Assembly: GCA_030704615.1 (NCBI GenBank)
Contig: CM060733.1
Location: forward strand, 10,168,001 to 10,232,000
DNA length: 64,000 nucleotides
Direction of reading: 5' to 3'
From: Takakia lepidozioides
Lineage: Eukaryota; Plantae; Bryophyta
Program-made: the position numbers and the translations under genes
The notes under the pieces: model-generated
The model's input: only the letters and a program-made list of their open reading frames with translations
What the model was told of the DNA's origin: nothing
Databases searched by the model: none
In this document: positions 48,225 to 61,700 of the stretch, in pieces
How the letters are laid out: each line of letters opens with the position of its first letter
Position numbering within the stretch: position 1 is the stretch's first letter

Positions 48225-50487
48225 CTAATTACCATCTTTCATCCATAGATTTCAACCATACAACATTGTACCTAGCTTGGTTATGCATCACATCTCCAAA
48301 TTTGACAGGATTCCACCATAGAAATAAAAACATTATAATGCCTTTGTGAAACCTGCCAGAATTTGAGCTCCCACACAATACTCCTACAAAATTATGGTTT
48401 GACCATAACAAATTGTGGCTCTTTGTAATTTTCATTCCCTCTGGACCCACAAATTCCAAGGCACTGGTGCAATCACTAGCTCCTTGCAAATTTTAGGGCC
48501 ATATGAGGGTTTTTTCTATAGGCTGTTTTGTATAGGTGTATGTGGGAAAATTGAATGGTGACACGAGCTTCCAACCGAGGTGCAATGTGTCCCAACTTTT
48601 GGAAAAAACTGGACGGTAGATGTGTGGGTGCCATGCTAATGCCCCACAATGTAAATCCATTTAAGCAATTTAGTAAATTATTGGGAAATTTTTGGCCCCT
48701 GACTCTTGTAATATTGTTTTGGGACCCACAATTGGACTTCAGGCGGGGCTCAGGGAGGATTTTCCGACAGAATATTCCGTTTTTGGTGGGGGCACGTCCC
48801 ACCGTGTGCCACCCCATGCTCACTTGACCCGACTCACTCTCATGTATCACCGTGCAGGCAATGTGTCGGCACCCGGCAACCCTAAGTATGAACCTAATAA
48901 GTATGAAGTCAGACAAGGTGGGCCGCCGCATGCAGTCTCACCCTAGATTGGGACGACAGCCGATTTAGTGCACGTACCTGCCACCTGTCCAGTCAACTCA
49001 AGAAAAGCAGCCCGTTTTGGGTAGTGCTCACTTCTGAGTCCTGACGGACAGAAATTCGCCCATGCCACAATTCTTAATTTTAATATTTTCAGGAGAGATT
49101 CCTGAGAGGGAGAGCTCGATTTGTCTTTCAGAGGTCATCACCATCTGAGAGCATCTGCGGATGCTACCCACGAATCTCCCAAAGCAAGCAACCCGATTCG
49201 AGTGATTGGGTTAAGTGTGATCAGTGCTTATAATTGATATTCTGCCCTCTTTTATGGTAGTTGCACTATTACCACTTGGCAAACAATTATTTTTGATAGA
49301 ACCCCTCAAAAAGTGTCATTGGTCATAGGGCTCTGGATGCACTCAAGCATTCTTACTTTGGAACCCTACAACTTTGCATAGATTTTTTTCCAAACATTTT
49401 TCTTTTAATTTAAAGGAAAACATGTGGGAGCGACAGCTCACAAATCAGGCCCCTTAATAACAGTGAGAGGAAAAAATAACCTCTTTCACTGCGAGCCCTA
49501 TGACCGCTTAGAGGGCAGAGTCGACCAAACATGGCCCGTTCTTGAGGGATCGTGATTTGGAACACTCCAAAAAAGAATCTTACTCTCAAAGAAGTCCCAA
49601 CAAACCTTGCTACAGACTTCACCGCTGTCAATATTTTGATTGGCGAAAAACCTTGGCTCTCCGAGGGTACCCTCGCATGGGACACCGCCCAAGGGAAGGG
49701 GGGAGAAGAACATACCACAGCCATCAAGGTACCTAGATTTGACCCCAGAATCATCTGGATAGGACTGAGTGCACTATCCAACGAGCTCTGGACTATGTAG
49801 AATCAAATACATAGTTGCAAGTGTGTGGGAAGTTGCCCCATACATTGGACACCTTATGAATTACTTCGGGTAAAAATAACAAATTTTCACAGTTGGATTT
49901 TTCATCATCATATGTGAACGGTCATAGGCCAACATACCCCTTCCATATTTTCTTCTCATTAATTCAGTTTTACAAATCTTCCCTTGTTGTGGGAACTTTT
50001 CATCTCATGCTGCTAGTGGCGTATGGCTCCTCTTTGTGAATAGCAAAATCGACGCGTAGTCTCCTCCTTAGAATAGGAGGAGCCGACAATAAAGCTCCAC
50101 CAGGTTACAGCATCTACCACGACATAAAATATCATTTGTAAGTAACATAAAGGTCCATGATACTAAAGATTCTCTGCTTTGCGAGGGCAAATGATGAGAC
50201 AGCAAGAAACAGAAGAAAGGGAGAGAAGATGGTGATGGGCATGGCAGGGTGCATGCGTGAATCGTAGAGTGGAGTGGCAACAGAAAACAACAAAGGAAAG
50301 AGTTTGACTTGCAACTCTGCAGACTGCGGCTGTCGGTTCTTCTCCTGCCTCGCTCGCATTGCTGCAAAAAGCCGCATCAGTGTGTATGGATTTTACAAAG
50401 GTGGACGCATGCAGAAGCAGCTTGAGCGACATGGGTGGTGGGATTTTACTCGTGGTGATGAAGGTAAGGGTGGTGGTGCTTTGAGGA

Positions 50488-53093
50488 ATGGAAGCGATGC
50501 AGGGGCAGAGGAGCGCAGGGATTTCTGATGAGACGTTGGCATGCGTCTTCAAGTACATAGAGAGTGCAGAGGAGCGGGCTACGGTGTCGCTGGTGTGCAG
50601 GCAATGGCGGCGAGTGGATGGCAACACCAGGAAGTATGTCACCATTGCCAATATTTATGCGATTGCGCCCTCGGCGCTGTCCAGACGCTTCAAGACATTG
50701 GAAGGCATAAAGCTGAAAGGAAAGCCTCGTGCTGTGGAGTGGGATCTGCTGCCGGAGGATTGGGGTGGGTATGCGGGCCCATGGGTGCGAGAGCTGGGCA
50801 GAGCTTATACTGGCCTGCAGACGCTACAGTTGCGGCGCATGGAGGTTGGTGATGCCGACTTGCAGCTGCTGGCGATGTCGCCTTGCAGTGCTGCCTTGCA
50901 GGTGCTGCACCTCCACAAGTGTTATGGCTTCTCCACACGGGGTCTCGTGCCCATTGCTCGCTCCTGCAGGTTAGGCAGCTTGGGCATTTTTTCCAAAATC
51001 CTGGCATGCTTGTCATTGACATCTTCTGGTTGCGCAGAGTGCGGGGAGGGCTAATTGCAAGTCTTGGAAACCCTACGTGCTGACAGCCAGTAGGAGTTTG
51101 GTCCTGATGGCTTTTAGAGTAGGAAGAATGAGACTTTGGTGGCAAGGGATTGTCTCAGGAAGAAAAGTGAGTAGCGAAGTGTATTTTCCGTGGGTTCCCA
51201 TGAGCTTCTCTGGGCCTTTGCTGGCTGCAATATAGAGATTGGTCTTCCTCTGTTACTGTTCTCATAAGCAGAAGCCTAGTTTTGTGGGCGAAAGGAGCAT
51301 TCTAGTGGCCGACACTATCATGCACGTGAATATGCTTTTGTCTTGGGAATAATAGCAGGTAGTGCGTTTAATTCTCAAAAGGGTTGTTTGAACACTGTAG
51401 TAAGATTCATTTGTTGAGCTGTCATGTTCTTCTTGTTTTTTCAGATCCTTGAGAGTCTTGAACCTAGAAGAAAGTGTTGTGGCGGATGACGGTGGGCAGT
51501 GGTTACATGAGCTGGCACAATACAACTCAGTCTTGGAAGTGCTGAACTTTGCAGTGCTGGGCATGAAGGACATTGATATGGCGGATTTGGCACTTCTTGT
51601 TGAGAGATGCAAGTCCCTGGTGTCACTGAAAGTGAGTGATATCGACGTGGTGGAAGTGAGCAACGTTTTGAGCAAATCAACTTCTCTGTTGGAGCTTGGG
51701 GGAGGGTGTTGTAGCAGCCTTGGAGACCACAAGGGAACACCTGTTTGCCCTGACCTACCAAAACGAGTAGTGTCATTGTCAGGTCTATGGGCTATGACTG
51801 ATGTTGGGTTGCCGATGGTACTTCCTTTGAGGGAAAATCTGAAGAAGCTTGACCTTAAATTCACTCTTCTAAGTGGTGAGGGGCATTGTGAGCTTCTCGG
51901 TCACTGCTTTGCTCTTGAAGAGTTGCAGGTACAGACCTGTCACTTGGAAATACTTGGTATGTTTGTCTCTGATATTCACGTGCCTTCGGCCTGTGCAAGC
52001 TGAAGACCCAGGAGTCAGATCTGGATTCCGCACTATCTATGCTACAATATAGATAGATTCAAAGCACACCTACCTCTCTCTTCTTCCATTTCTCCTTCGC
52101 CTCCCGAGCATGGCAAAGCATCTACAGTGGGTGTGTCTGCCTCTCACTTTCTTGTGATGTTATTTGGGGTTAATCTTTATCTTCTGTGGAGAGGAGTTAT
52201 TTGCTTGAACTGAAGTTGGCCTCCATGTCCTGGAAGGCGCTTTTCTATGGTATATGTTCTCTTGGACTAAGGTAGCCTGGTTATGTGACTGGCATTGGGG
52301 TGGATAGGTACGCAATGTCCTAGGTGACAAAGGCATGGAAGTACTGGCCAGGACATGTACGAGGCTCAAGCGCCTGCGAGTAGACTATGATGAAACTGGC
52401 TTCATATCACAGAGAGGTGTAATTGCAGTGTCACAAGGTTGTGGACAGCTAAGGCATCTGACCTTGTATGTGCGGAATATCACTAATGCTGCGCTGGCTA
52501 TGGTTGGACAAGGCTGTGTGAACCTCACAGATTGTCGCTTTGTGCTGGAGGCAGCTCTAGAACCTGTTTCTGACCTGCCCCTGGATGATGGTGTCAAGTT
52601 GTTAATGAGAGGCTGCGTAAATCTAACTCGATTTGCGCTGTATCTCCGGCATGGGGCATTGACAGACACAGGTTTGGCCCACATCGGGACGTACGGAGGC
52701 AAGCTAAAGTGGTTGCTGATAGGTTGTGCAGGGGAGAGTGATGTAGGTTTGTCTAATCTTGCCAAAGGATGCCAGCAGCTGGAACGACTGGAAGTGCGCG
52801 ATTGTCCCTTTGGGGAGGCAGGGTTGGCACTTGCGATTGTGAAGATGAGGGCTTTGAAGTATCTCTGGATGCAGGGGTATCGGGCAACAGATGCTGGTGG
52901 CCACCTACTTGCCCTGTCCCGCCCATGTCTGAATATTGAGATTTTGTCTGCATCAATGGAGGAACCAGTACAGCTGTTGGCATACTATTCACTAGCAGGG
53001 CCACGCACTGATGGTCCACCTGAGGTGAAGGTGCTTGTCTCAAACGCAGACAAGCGGTCACAAGACATGCTTACCTTTTCTATTAAGTGCTGA
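50488..53093 (+). CDS. COI1-like: COI1-family F-box/LRR protein (583 aa; exons 50488-50969, 51445-51928, 52308-53093)
   Basis: F-box SLVCRQW; KGKPRA..WGGY; LPLDDGV; RFALYLR; LEVRDC; YLWMQGY; LAYYSLAGPRTD. GT-AG introns at the conserved TIR1/COI1 positions. The spliced 1752 nt stay in frame. Confidence 0.9.
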
Positions 53094-53516
53094 TTTCCCT
53101 CCTTCTAGATGACGATTGTGCGACTGCCTGCCACCTGAGCCATTGTGTTTCAGTTGCTTGCTCTGCGCAGAAATTGAAGGTTTCGGCTGACATCGAAGTG
53201 TTATGGTTTATGAACAAGAAATGTATGCTGGCCATAAGGTGTCAAGCTGGTGGCAGTCTCTGTTACTCTCAGACCCAAACGTCCCTCCAAGTGGGATTAC
53301 AGTGTCATTTCCACACTGTTTCCTGTAAAGAATTTGGTTAAGTTGATGTTTTTTCAGTAAACCATGATGGGTTACTGATGTTTCTCACCTGAACTTTAAG
53401 CTGGTTGGATTCTTGTCATTTATGAAACAACCATTCTTGCTCAACCAATTGTTGTAGAGAGAGTTGGACATCAGACCTGTCATGTGAGGTTATGTTTTTC
53501 ACCTTCTCCTTATTAA

Positions 53517-53879
53517 AGTTATCCTTAAAGTCATGTCCAGTTTGGTCCCCAGTTTGGACTTTGGACCTCTAACCTGTGTTTCATCCCCAGTTTGAGTGCA
53601 AACGTAAAGTCAGCAAAATTGGGCACGAGTTTGCCAAACTGGGCACGAATCTCGCAGCCGCTGCACTTTCTCATGCCCGTGGATGATCTCGCAGCTTGCT
53701 GCTTGCAGGTCGCTCTGCGTCACGCGGTGTGTTGGTGCTCAAACTAGTTTCATCTCAAACTAGTTTCATCCCGCGTTTTTCTTCCTTTGTATGAGTTTGG
53801 TCCCCAGTTTCTTAACTGGTCCCCACTTTTGGCCAAACTGGGGTACCCGTCCCCATTTTCTGGTACTTTACGGATAACT
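53517..53879. mobile_element. small non-autonomous TIR element with TTAA flanks (Kolobok-like termini)
   Basis: ttaa|agttatccttaaagt ... actttacggataact|ttaa, with internal ccccagttt / aaactggg repeats. Confidence 0.6.
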
Positions 53880-54204
53880 TTAATATATCTGGCCTATCTC
53901 AGGCCCTCAAACCAAAAAAACATTAAAAATTAAGAACATTAATATAAACGGGTATCTAGTATCTATCTTTAGAATGGAACGTACTATATACTTTGGTGCT
54001 CGGTAGAAGCGCCTTCGCATTGAATAAAGTTTTATTCAACACTTCAAATTTTCAATCTCTTCTTGCTACTGTTTACCAAATGTTTCCTAAGGTCTCAATG
54101 TGGAATCTACATGGATCCCACATCACAAGAAAAATGTCATATTTTATGGTCTCCCAAAAATTCCCGGGTTCACTTAAAATAAGTATCTAGTATCTAGTAT
54201 CTAC

Positions 54205-57200
54205 TAGTGTTGGACTGGTATATAGGGTCTGGCCTGGTATCAACCACCGACCCCGGCTGGTATTGGCTTTTGTAATACTATGTTAATAACCGACCGGGCT
54301 GGTATTGGCAATTCCAATACTATGGTTGATAACTGCATACCCGTATTATGGGCAAAAACAAGGACTATACCATGGTATGAATAGGAAATTGGCTAGGTGC
54401 ACAATATGTCAGGGGTCAAGGTAAGAGGGTGCACATGTCAGGGAGGGCATGTCCAGCCCCAAGGGCCTGCCACTATGCTTCATTTCTTACCACATGTCCC
54501 GACCCTATTCTTTATTTTAAAGAATTGGCCGGATGATGTATGGATGGATTGCGAGGTGGTTTCGAGCGGGATCAAGGATTTCTTTTTGTCGGAAGACAAT
54601 TTCATTGATGAATATGAGGACCTCATTGCAGATGCTAGTTTATTTGACGATGAGGAGGGTTGCAATCAGTCTTCTTTTAACTAAGCTTGCTTCAATTTGG
54701 ATACTAAAATCTGCAACGTTGTTATTATGTAATGCAAAGACTGATTTTTTTTTTTTTTTCATAATAAGGGAGAAATTTTATTAATAAATAACGAGGAAAA
54801 AATAGGAAAAATGGGACACTGCTCCCAGCCCTAGATCCTGTACTACCAGGCAGAGTCCGAGATGGATCTGCGAAGAGGAGAAGGGAGTAATGAGACTATC
54901 TAGAAGAGATGTCGAAAGAAAGGAGCACTTTAGATTTGCCCTTCCTCAAGTGCTTGTGACGCCAATTCTCATCCGAGTCCTCCTGCTGCAAGGATTGTTG
55001 CGCACTAGTAGAGCTCCCAACATGGCGGAAGTTTGTTGTTCCAGATAACCTCTGATTCTGATGTTCTTGAGCAGAGTTGTCCGCCTTTCCAGGTGTTATC
55101 AAAGCAAGAGAGAAGTTGTAGCCTCCTTCTTTGCGCGCATCTAGCAAGAGCTGCACCCAAAACCCGCCATGCTTTCCGTGCCTCAGTCATGAGGTCGGAG
55201 TGTATCATGTGCAGCAATAATTTTGCAAGATTGAGTCCCCCCATAAACCAGCGAGCATCTGCTCTTCCATACGCTCTAGAGTGTATGGGCCCTTAGAACT
55301 GCCCACACGGGCAAGTGCTCCACAACATACCACTGTGTAAATTCAAAAGCAAGACAGATGCATTCGTGGAAGCCTGTGGGTTCCAAAACTGATAGAATCT
55401 ACAAACCCGAGATCAAATGAACGCAGCTAGGGGGCAGGACACCAAGCAGTGCTTTATCGATTCATCTTGGCCTGCCTGCCATATCGAGCATAAGCCAGAG
55501 GAGCCATGAATGAACTGGAGAACCGGAAGGATTCTATTTGCAATTTTCCATAAAAACCCCGAGACCTTGGCAGCCCTATCTTTTCTCCAGATATCACCCC
55601 AAACGGACTTCCAATCTGCAGGGAGGGTAGGTAGATGCCTCCACTTAGAGTTCCATTTGCTAGCGAAGAGCATTGGAGGCCGCAGGAGAGAATAAGCCAG
55701 TTCACCTTGAACCCAAAAAAGGGGGTATGCTTCTTATCCATCCAACGCCATTCAGTGGGGTCAAACTGAAGCAACCTAAGAGGAGCAGAAAGAAAGCATA
55801 TGAAAGAATCATCATAATGCGCAAGGTTGAGGGGGGGTTCTGGATCACAAGCCCTGGAGGTAACCGAAAACACCCTAATGGGAAATAAATCGGCGGGCCT
55901 GGTGAAACGCAGGACGGAGAGAGACCAAGGCTCCGTCAGTATGCAAAAAGAAATCCAACCCGGAGAGCGATTGAGAGTCCCTGGAGGTTGCATAGAAGGC
56001 CACAAACGATCCAGAAGCACCCCTACCCAGCCAAGATGGGAGTGCCCTTTGATTGAGTGCCCTTTGATTGAGTGGAAGGGAACATATAGAGAGCCAGCGA
56101 GGGGGAATGTTCGAGACGATGGTGTCCCAGGCGGTCGCTTTCCTCATCGATAGTATTGCAAGTAGCAACATGTTTCGGGAGGAAAGCCACATCCTCCCAG
56201 AAATGACAGAAGTTCGAAACCCCTGCCTGTTCCCAGGAAGCCCACTTATTTGAGCACTTAATAAGGACTTCTGAATCTGCGTTAAAGTTCCCAAATACTG
56301 GCTGCCTTAAGACCTCCTCCACCAAAGAGGGGATGGTCTGGAATAGGTGAGGTCTCACACGCATCCATGCTGCCCAAATCGATTGCCAAACCTTTGAGCC
56401 ATTGGCCCCCGCTTTGAGAGATCTCCCCCCCTGAACAATCCATCTAAGAGACTGTGGCCAAGCACCAAGAGACGGATGGGCGTCTAGGATGTGGCATCTA
56501 ACAATTAAGCTCCAAGGGGCAGAGAGATTCGTGAGAACTCTCGGGACCCATTTGGCAAGCAGGGAAATTATTTGGGTTTGTGGGTCACGGATACCCAAGC
56601 CACCAAATTTCCTCTTTTGCGTAATCTGGGACCAGCTGACCAAGGCTCTTCTGTTGGGGGAAGCTGAAGTGCCTCCCCACACGAAGTTCCTAGTCATAGT
56701 CTGGATTTGCTTGATTATTTGAGCCCAAGGATACCAGACTGAAGCCGAGAACCAAGAAGAAGCAAGAATAACTTGATTTGCCACAATAGCTTTTCTTGTG
56801 ATGGACAGAAGAAGGGAAGACCAGTCTGGCCAGAACTGCCTCAAAACGGTGAAGATCAGACAGTCCATGCCCAATCAGGTGGGTATGTGATTGACCATCC
56901 TGCAACCAGCGCTAGCCCAAATTATCCCCCCATGGGGCAACATGCGATAGAGGAGCATCAGTGGAAAGCTTCCTGAATTTTGCAACATAATAATTAATTT
57001 TCTTGTGAAATCAACTGAAATCTTCTAAATTCACTAGATATGAATGATTTAGTGGTTTTTTTCATTATTTATTTTTATTATTTATACCCGGGTTGATAAC
57101 CAGCTGGTATTAGATTGGTCGAAAATCATACTACTATTGAGAACCGGTGGGTATTGAAATTGAGGGAATCTTTCAATACTATGGAACTGGCTGGTATTGC

Positions 57201-57266
57201 AAATTAATTTCTTTTCAATACCCGGACCCGGCTGGTATTAGAAAAAGTAATACCCAGCCAACACTG
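54205..57266. mobile_element. non-autonomous hAT-like element interrupted by a LINE
   Basis: TIR tagtgttgg / ccaacactg; flanks gtatctac / gtatctct (imperfect 8-bp TSD); gctggtatt subterminal repeats at both ends; possible transposase C-tail remnant (ILKNWPDD) at ~54500. Confidence 0.65.
54745..56920 (-). mobile_element. 5'-truncated L1-like LINE (ORF2 3' half), degenerate
   Basis: RNFVWGG...VSWSQITQKRKFGGLGIRD; zf-RVT-like FLWKIANRILPV...ESIKHCLVSCP; poly(A) tail seen as a T-run at ~54745-54759. Confidence 0.85.
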
Positions 57267-57440
57267 GTATCTCTACCTAACAAAGCAGAAAAAGGCATTG
57301 TCAGGATCCTTGGGTGCATTGTAAGCAAACAATTTGACACGTCACCAGGTTTTAGTTTTATTCGCGGCTATATAGCCAATCAATTCTACACCCATATGAT
57401 ATGTCTCCACATATTAGCATACATATACTCGCTACATATT

Positions 57441-57755
57441 GTGGTTTCTATTAATTAATTGATTCATGTTTGCCGTTTTTTTTTTGGGGGCCCTGCATTT
57501 GCAGAGCCCACTATTTATTAATTTAGTAGGTAGGAAGAGGGGGGGCATCCCATATATGCCCGCCCACCCTAGGACCCTTCTAGAAGGCCCTGGACACATG
57601 TCAACCCTACAAGACTCCCTACTCTAAATTTGGCCAATTCCTCCCTTTTTTTTTGGGACCCATCTCATTCCTTAATACACGTGCCCTTCCTACATAAGGG
57701 CCCCACTCTAATTCATGGGCCACAGTAATTCCTGGACCACCCTAGAATCAGGGCC
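57441..57755 (+). repeat. single-arm copy of the 865-1711 foldback family
   Basis: gtggtttctattaattaattgattcatgtttg...ctagaatcagggcc matches 1331-1688. Confidence 0.85.
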
Positions 57756-58704
57756 ACATGGGTTACCGAGCCATGTGGAGAAATAAAAACCCAACCCACC
57801 ACCCAACCAACCTTTACAGCCAGGGTATGCAAAATTGAGAGGTGCCTAACGCACTCTGGGTCAATCGCTCAATCAACTGGTTCACCTGAACGCTCAATCA
57901 ACTGGTTCACCTGAACTTATGCGGGCGAAGAAGGCCGAATCAGAGTAATTGCACAGAATGGGACGGCTTTTCCCATACCACAATGCAGACATATCCAAAT
58001 GAAATAGTCAGTGTGGCCGACCCTGCCAATATAATAACTTTTACAGCATCTTGGATCCATGGATTCAAGAGAACATACAAAGAGTTTTGGCTGGTATCCC
58101 AGCCACACCACTTAGTTGGTCATCCATCTGCCTTATGTGAATCCAAACCAAATTCCTCACTAGTGCTTCCCAATCTTCTATCCAAACTGCCCAACATTTG
58201 CATACCAAACTGGGCCTCGTTTGTACCTGTGAAGCTGCACAAAGGTCCTACCCAAAGGGTATAGAAGGGCCGGCAGCACCGACGGATATTGGAAAAAATT
58301 ATCTACAGACTCCAGCATGGCAGATACCAGTCCAAAAGGTGGATAGTATTGCAAAGTATCGAATGAAATGTTGGAAGGAGCCTACACGGCTGAGATTCCT
58401 CCTGTACCCATGGGTCAATCCCTCTGCCGGGAAGCTGATTTGCCCTGTAAAAGTCATCAGATTCCAGAACAACTGACAGCTCCAAATACAAAAAGACAAA
58501 GAAAGCCGCTGCAATGAGTCCTCAAGGGCCTGTTCGTATAATTCAGATTGATCCCTCCCAACCTCAGAGCAGAACCCAGGAATCTGTGGAGATAGACACG
58601 GGCACAGTGAATGCCCAGCAAACCTGGTAGAACTAAATCTTTACAATACAAGGACCCAGAGAGTACCACTCTAAATCATTTGGAACTAACTGGGAGAGCT
58701 TTCA

Positions 58705-61700
58705 CTATTGGCAGCCAGCACTTGTTCCACCAGGTGCAACATGGCGAAACCGCAACGAACTGCCTGTGACCCCTATTCTTTGACCATCGTGGATTGAAGA
58801 ATCAACTTGAGTTTTTTCTTCACAATCACCTCTGACAGACCCCTTCATGTCTCCTGTCTCCGGATGTTGAGCTGCCAAGGAATCGCTAGAGGTTGAAGTC
58901 AAACTGGATTTCATGGATGTTGCTTCTTGTTCAACATTACCTTCTGCCTCAGCTGCCTCTACCAGACCTGCAAAAAAATGAGTTTCAATGATGGTCGGTA
59001 AAAGACAGCAAACTGACATCCCTAACATCCCTGACTTCAACCAAATATGAATAATTTGTATGCTCTCCAACCAATGTTGCACCACCAACTTGAGTATTCC
59101 ATAACAACATTGAGCAAAATAATTAAATATTTTAGTGGTCAATCACCACACAATGCTGACATCCCACTCAAGCAATGTTTCTTATCTGAACCAGAGTAAG
59201 AAGACAGCAGGAATTACAAGTACGATATTATCGAGCCACAAGTCCAGACCACCAAAGGAAGCTATCCCAACCCGTGTCTAGTGCACCTTGGTGGCCTGGC
59301 ATATATTGGAAATGTGCTATTCCACATTTTGTGATGAGAATGCTCTATTGAAAGTGACTCTGTTTTCTCTGCTCTAGCTGAAAGGGAGACAGAACTCTGC
59401 ACCTCATGAGCTCATCAACAAAAGGATTAGACATCTTGACCCCATACATAGATCGGGAAAGACCCACCTGCAGGGGACGAGCTTGGTAGCCTTGCCAGAC
59501 CACCCACCCTCCTCCGCTCTCCAAAGTTGTGCAGACGTCGCCCAACCAAATAGCGATCATCACGTATGGAATTGTGAAGGTCGAGTACAAACTGGTGTAG
59601 TCGTTTTGCACTATACCAGAACAGCCCCAGTAGAAGGCAACCAAGCCAGGAAAACCGATAGACAGCCGAATTGACAATGAGGGAGTAGCCAAAGAAGGGA
59701 AATAGACCGCGGGCAAAAACATAGGGTACGCACAATGCTGTCAGTAAGCGGGTTAAAATCGGGGCAATGATCGCACTGAACACCCACCAACCCCGAAGGC
59801 GGGAAAATCCATCAGACCGAACTTGCTCAAACTTCACCCGCCAGGTGTCATCAACCAGTGGCAGCATCTGCCCAAGCATCACCTGTCCAGACCCAAAGTC
59901 CCCCTTGCATTGAGTATTTGAATAATTTGCATTCAGGGTCCGCTTGTGAAGTTGGTAACCTGGATGAGAAAGGAAACACCTGAAGCTCCAAGAATAATCA
60001 GTATGAAATAATACCTCTGTAAATCACTAGAGTCTAGACTTCTTTCCTTTCATTTCCTTTCCACATTAATTTTTAGATGGGAGAGGAAGTTACCAGTCTT
60101 GTCCAAATTTTCAGAAACACAAGTCCCAATGCCCAATCCTGATAGAGGAGGAAAACTGGGCTTTCATCCACTGGTACACGAAGGGGTACAACCACCAGCA
60201 GCTCAAACAGGAGGCCAATGAGCACAGGGATTACAACAATCTGCCAGTACCCCACACATCTGTTAGCACTAGACAAGACCTGACTTTCTATTAACAGTGT
60301 CACTAAACCTGATATAAACTAAACCAAAAGAGTTAGGCAATGCCCATTGCATATCATATGGTTTGCAGAAGAAGTTTTGATACATACTACTCATAAGAAA
60401 ACACTTGACTGGGCAAAATATAGGAGTCCAAAGTTCTCCATACACAGTATTCCAAGGAATAGACTAGATGGGCACAGTTTCTTGTTACATCAGCACAAAC
60501 TGCAGCAGAACTATGATGCGCTTTACCTGGGCAACAAGTTGAGAGCTTCGTGTCCCAGGAGGCAGTAAGGGAGCATGGAGAGAGGCAAAATCAGTTCACA
60601 TGCAACAGAACCATCAGTCCTCAAACACATACCCAGAGAGCCAGAAGCAGAAAGCTCTTGGCAATGATGGCTGACCACTTGAGCACCTGTCTGAGCAGCA
60701 CACGAACATCATGGGTTCGCAAATAGTCTATCACATATCGAATTGCCGCAGCAGTTGCCCACAAAATGTAGCAGCCAATGTTGAACGCATACAAATCTGC
60801 AATTACATCACAGGAAACAATTATGTACCTTCAAATTAAGTGCAATATTGCGTATGGCCAACTCATGAAAAACCAAGATACTAAGCTCCTTCAAAACATC
60901 TATGAAACAGTAAGTTCAACTCCTTGCAATTACTGTTTAACCCTTTGCAAGTCTTACATCGGTTCTATGGACAAATTTGCCATTGACACAGTGATAACAA
61001 TTTGATTACCATTGCATTTGGCACCCCGAGTGATAGGGAGTTGCGAAAAGGAGGTAAATATGGCACGTCCAATGGAGACAGGTAGTAGAACCATTGTCGA
61101 ATTGAATATTAGAAGCGTGAACCATGCCCACGATAACAGCAAAATGATCCGGATTGCAAAGTTGTACCTGCTACCCAGAAACACCACACATGAGCACCAC
61201 AGACTCACAGATGGTTGCAACGCCTCTCTCCTCCCAGAAAATACAAAAATCTACAACATCGACAAATATAACACATACTCATCCGTGGCACCTTCGTCCT
61301 CAACTTCGTAGTCCATTTCATCTACATCATCCTCACTGGTGGATGATGGAGACTCATTCTGGCTGTTTACTGCTGGTGCTCTCCCATGGATTGCCTCTGG
61401 AAACGCTCCATGTACACCATCTTGAGCCCGGCCCACTTGTTCATGGTTATGAGGGTTAATATGCAAATTTGCGTCCTCTGTTCCCGGAAGAAGAAACTCA
61501 GAAAGGCCCAAGGTCCAACCAACTGTTGAAAACCAATGAGAAAGAACAGTTTTGATTGTTGCCCGTGGTCTGAAGTGCTCAACGGCAAAAGGAATGCAGA
61601 TGTGGAACAAAAGCATGTCAGCCGGTATCTCTGTAAAGGGGTCTGACACCCTGCAATGTGGACATGAAACAGCGTCATTTCAAGTGTTTGGTAATGTTGA

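Larger units (their letters stand above)
21173..48225. mobile_element. Long-TIR Mutator-like element (outer MULE) with two nested insertions; ~10.9 kb without them
   Basis: ~350-bp TIRs (tgcctctcattttacaataattgggac... / ...gtcccaattattgtaaaatgagaggca), a SWIM MULE transposase and a Ulp1-like gene. Only a weak 5-bp flank repeat (taatt, 21168-21172 / 48226-48230). Confidence 0.85.

Noticed and set aside
48229-49930. Possible small TIR element(s) (ggtcatagggctc / gagccctatgacc)
   Set aside because: Only 13-bp inverted matches, with no definable ends or TSD.
50274-50528. Overlapping upstream ORF of the COI1-like gene
   Set aside because: Non-ATG start in the track, no recognisable motif, and no way to show conservation.
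57917-58669. Short ORFs downstream of SUD1
   Set aside because: No coherent domain; probably 3' UTR or highly decayed repeat.
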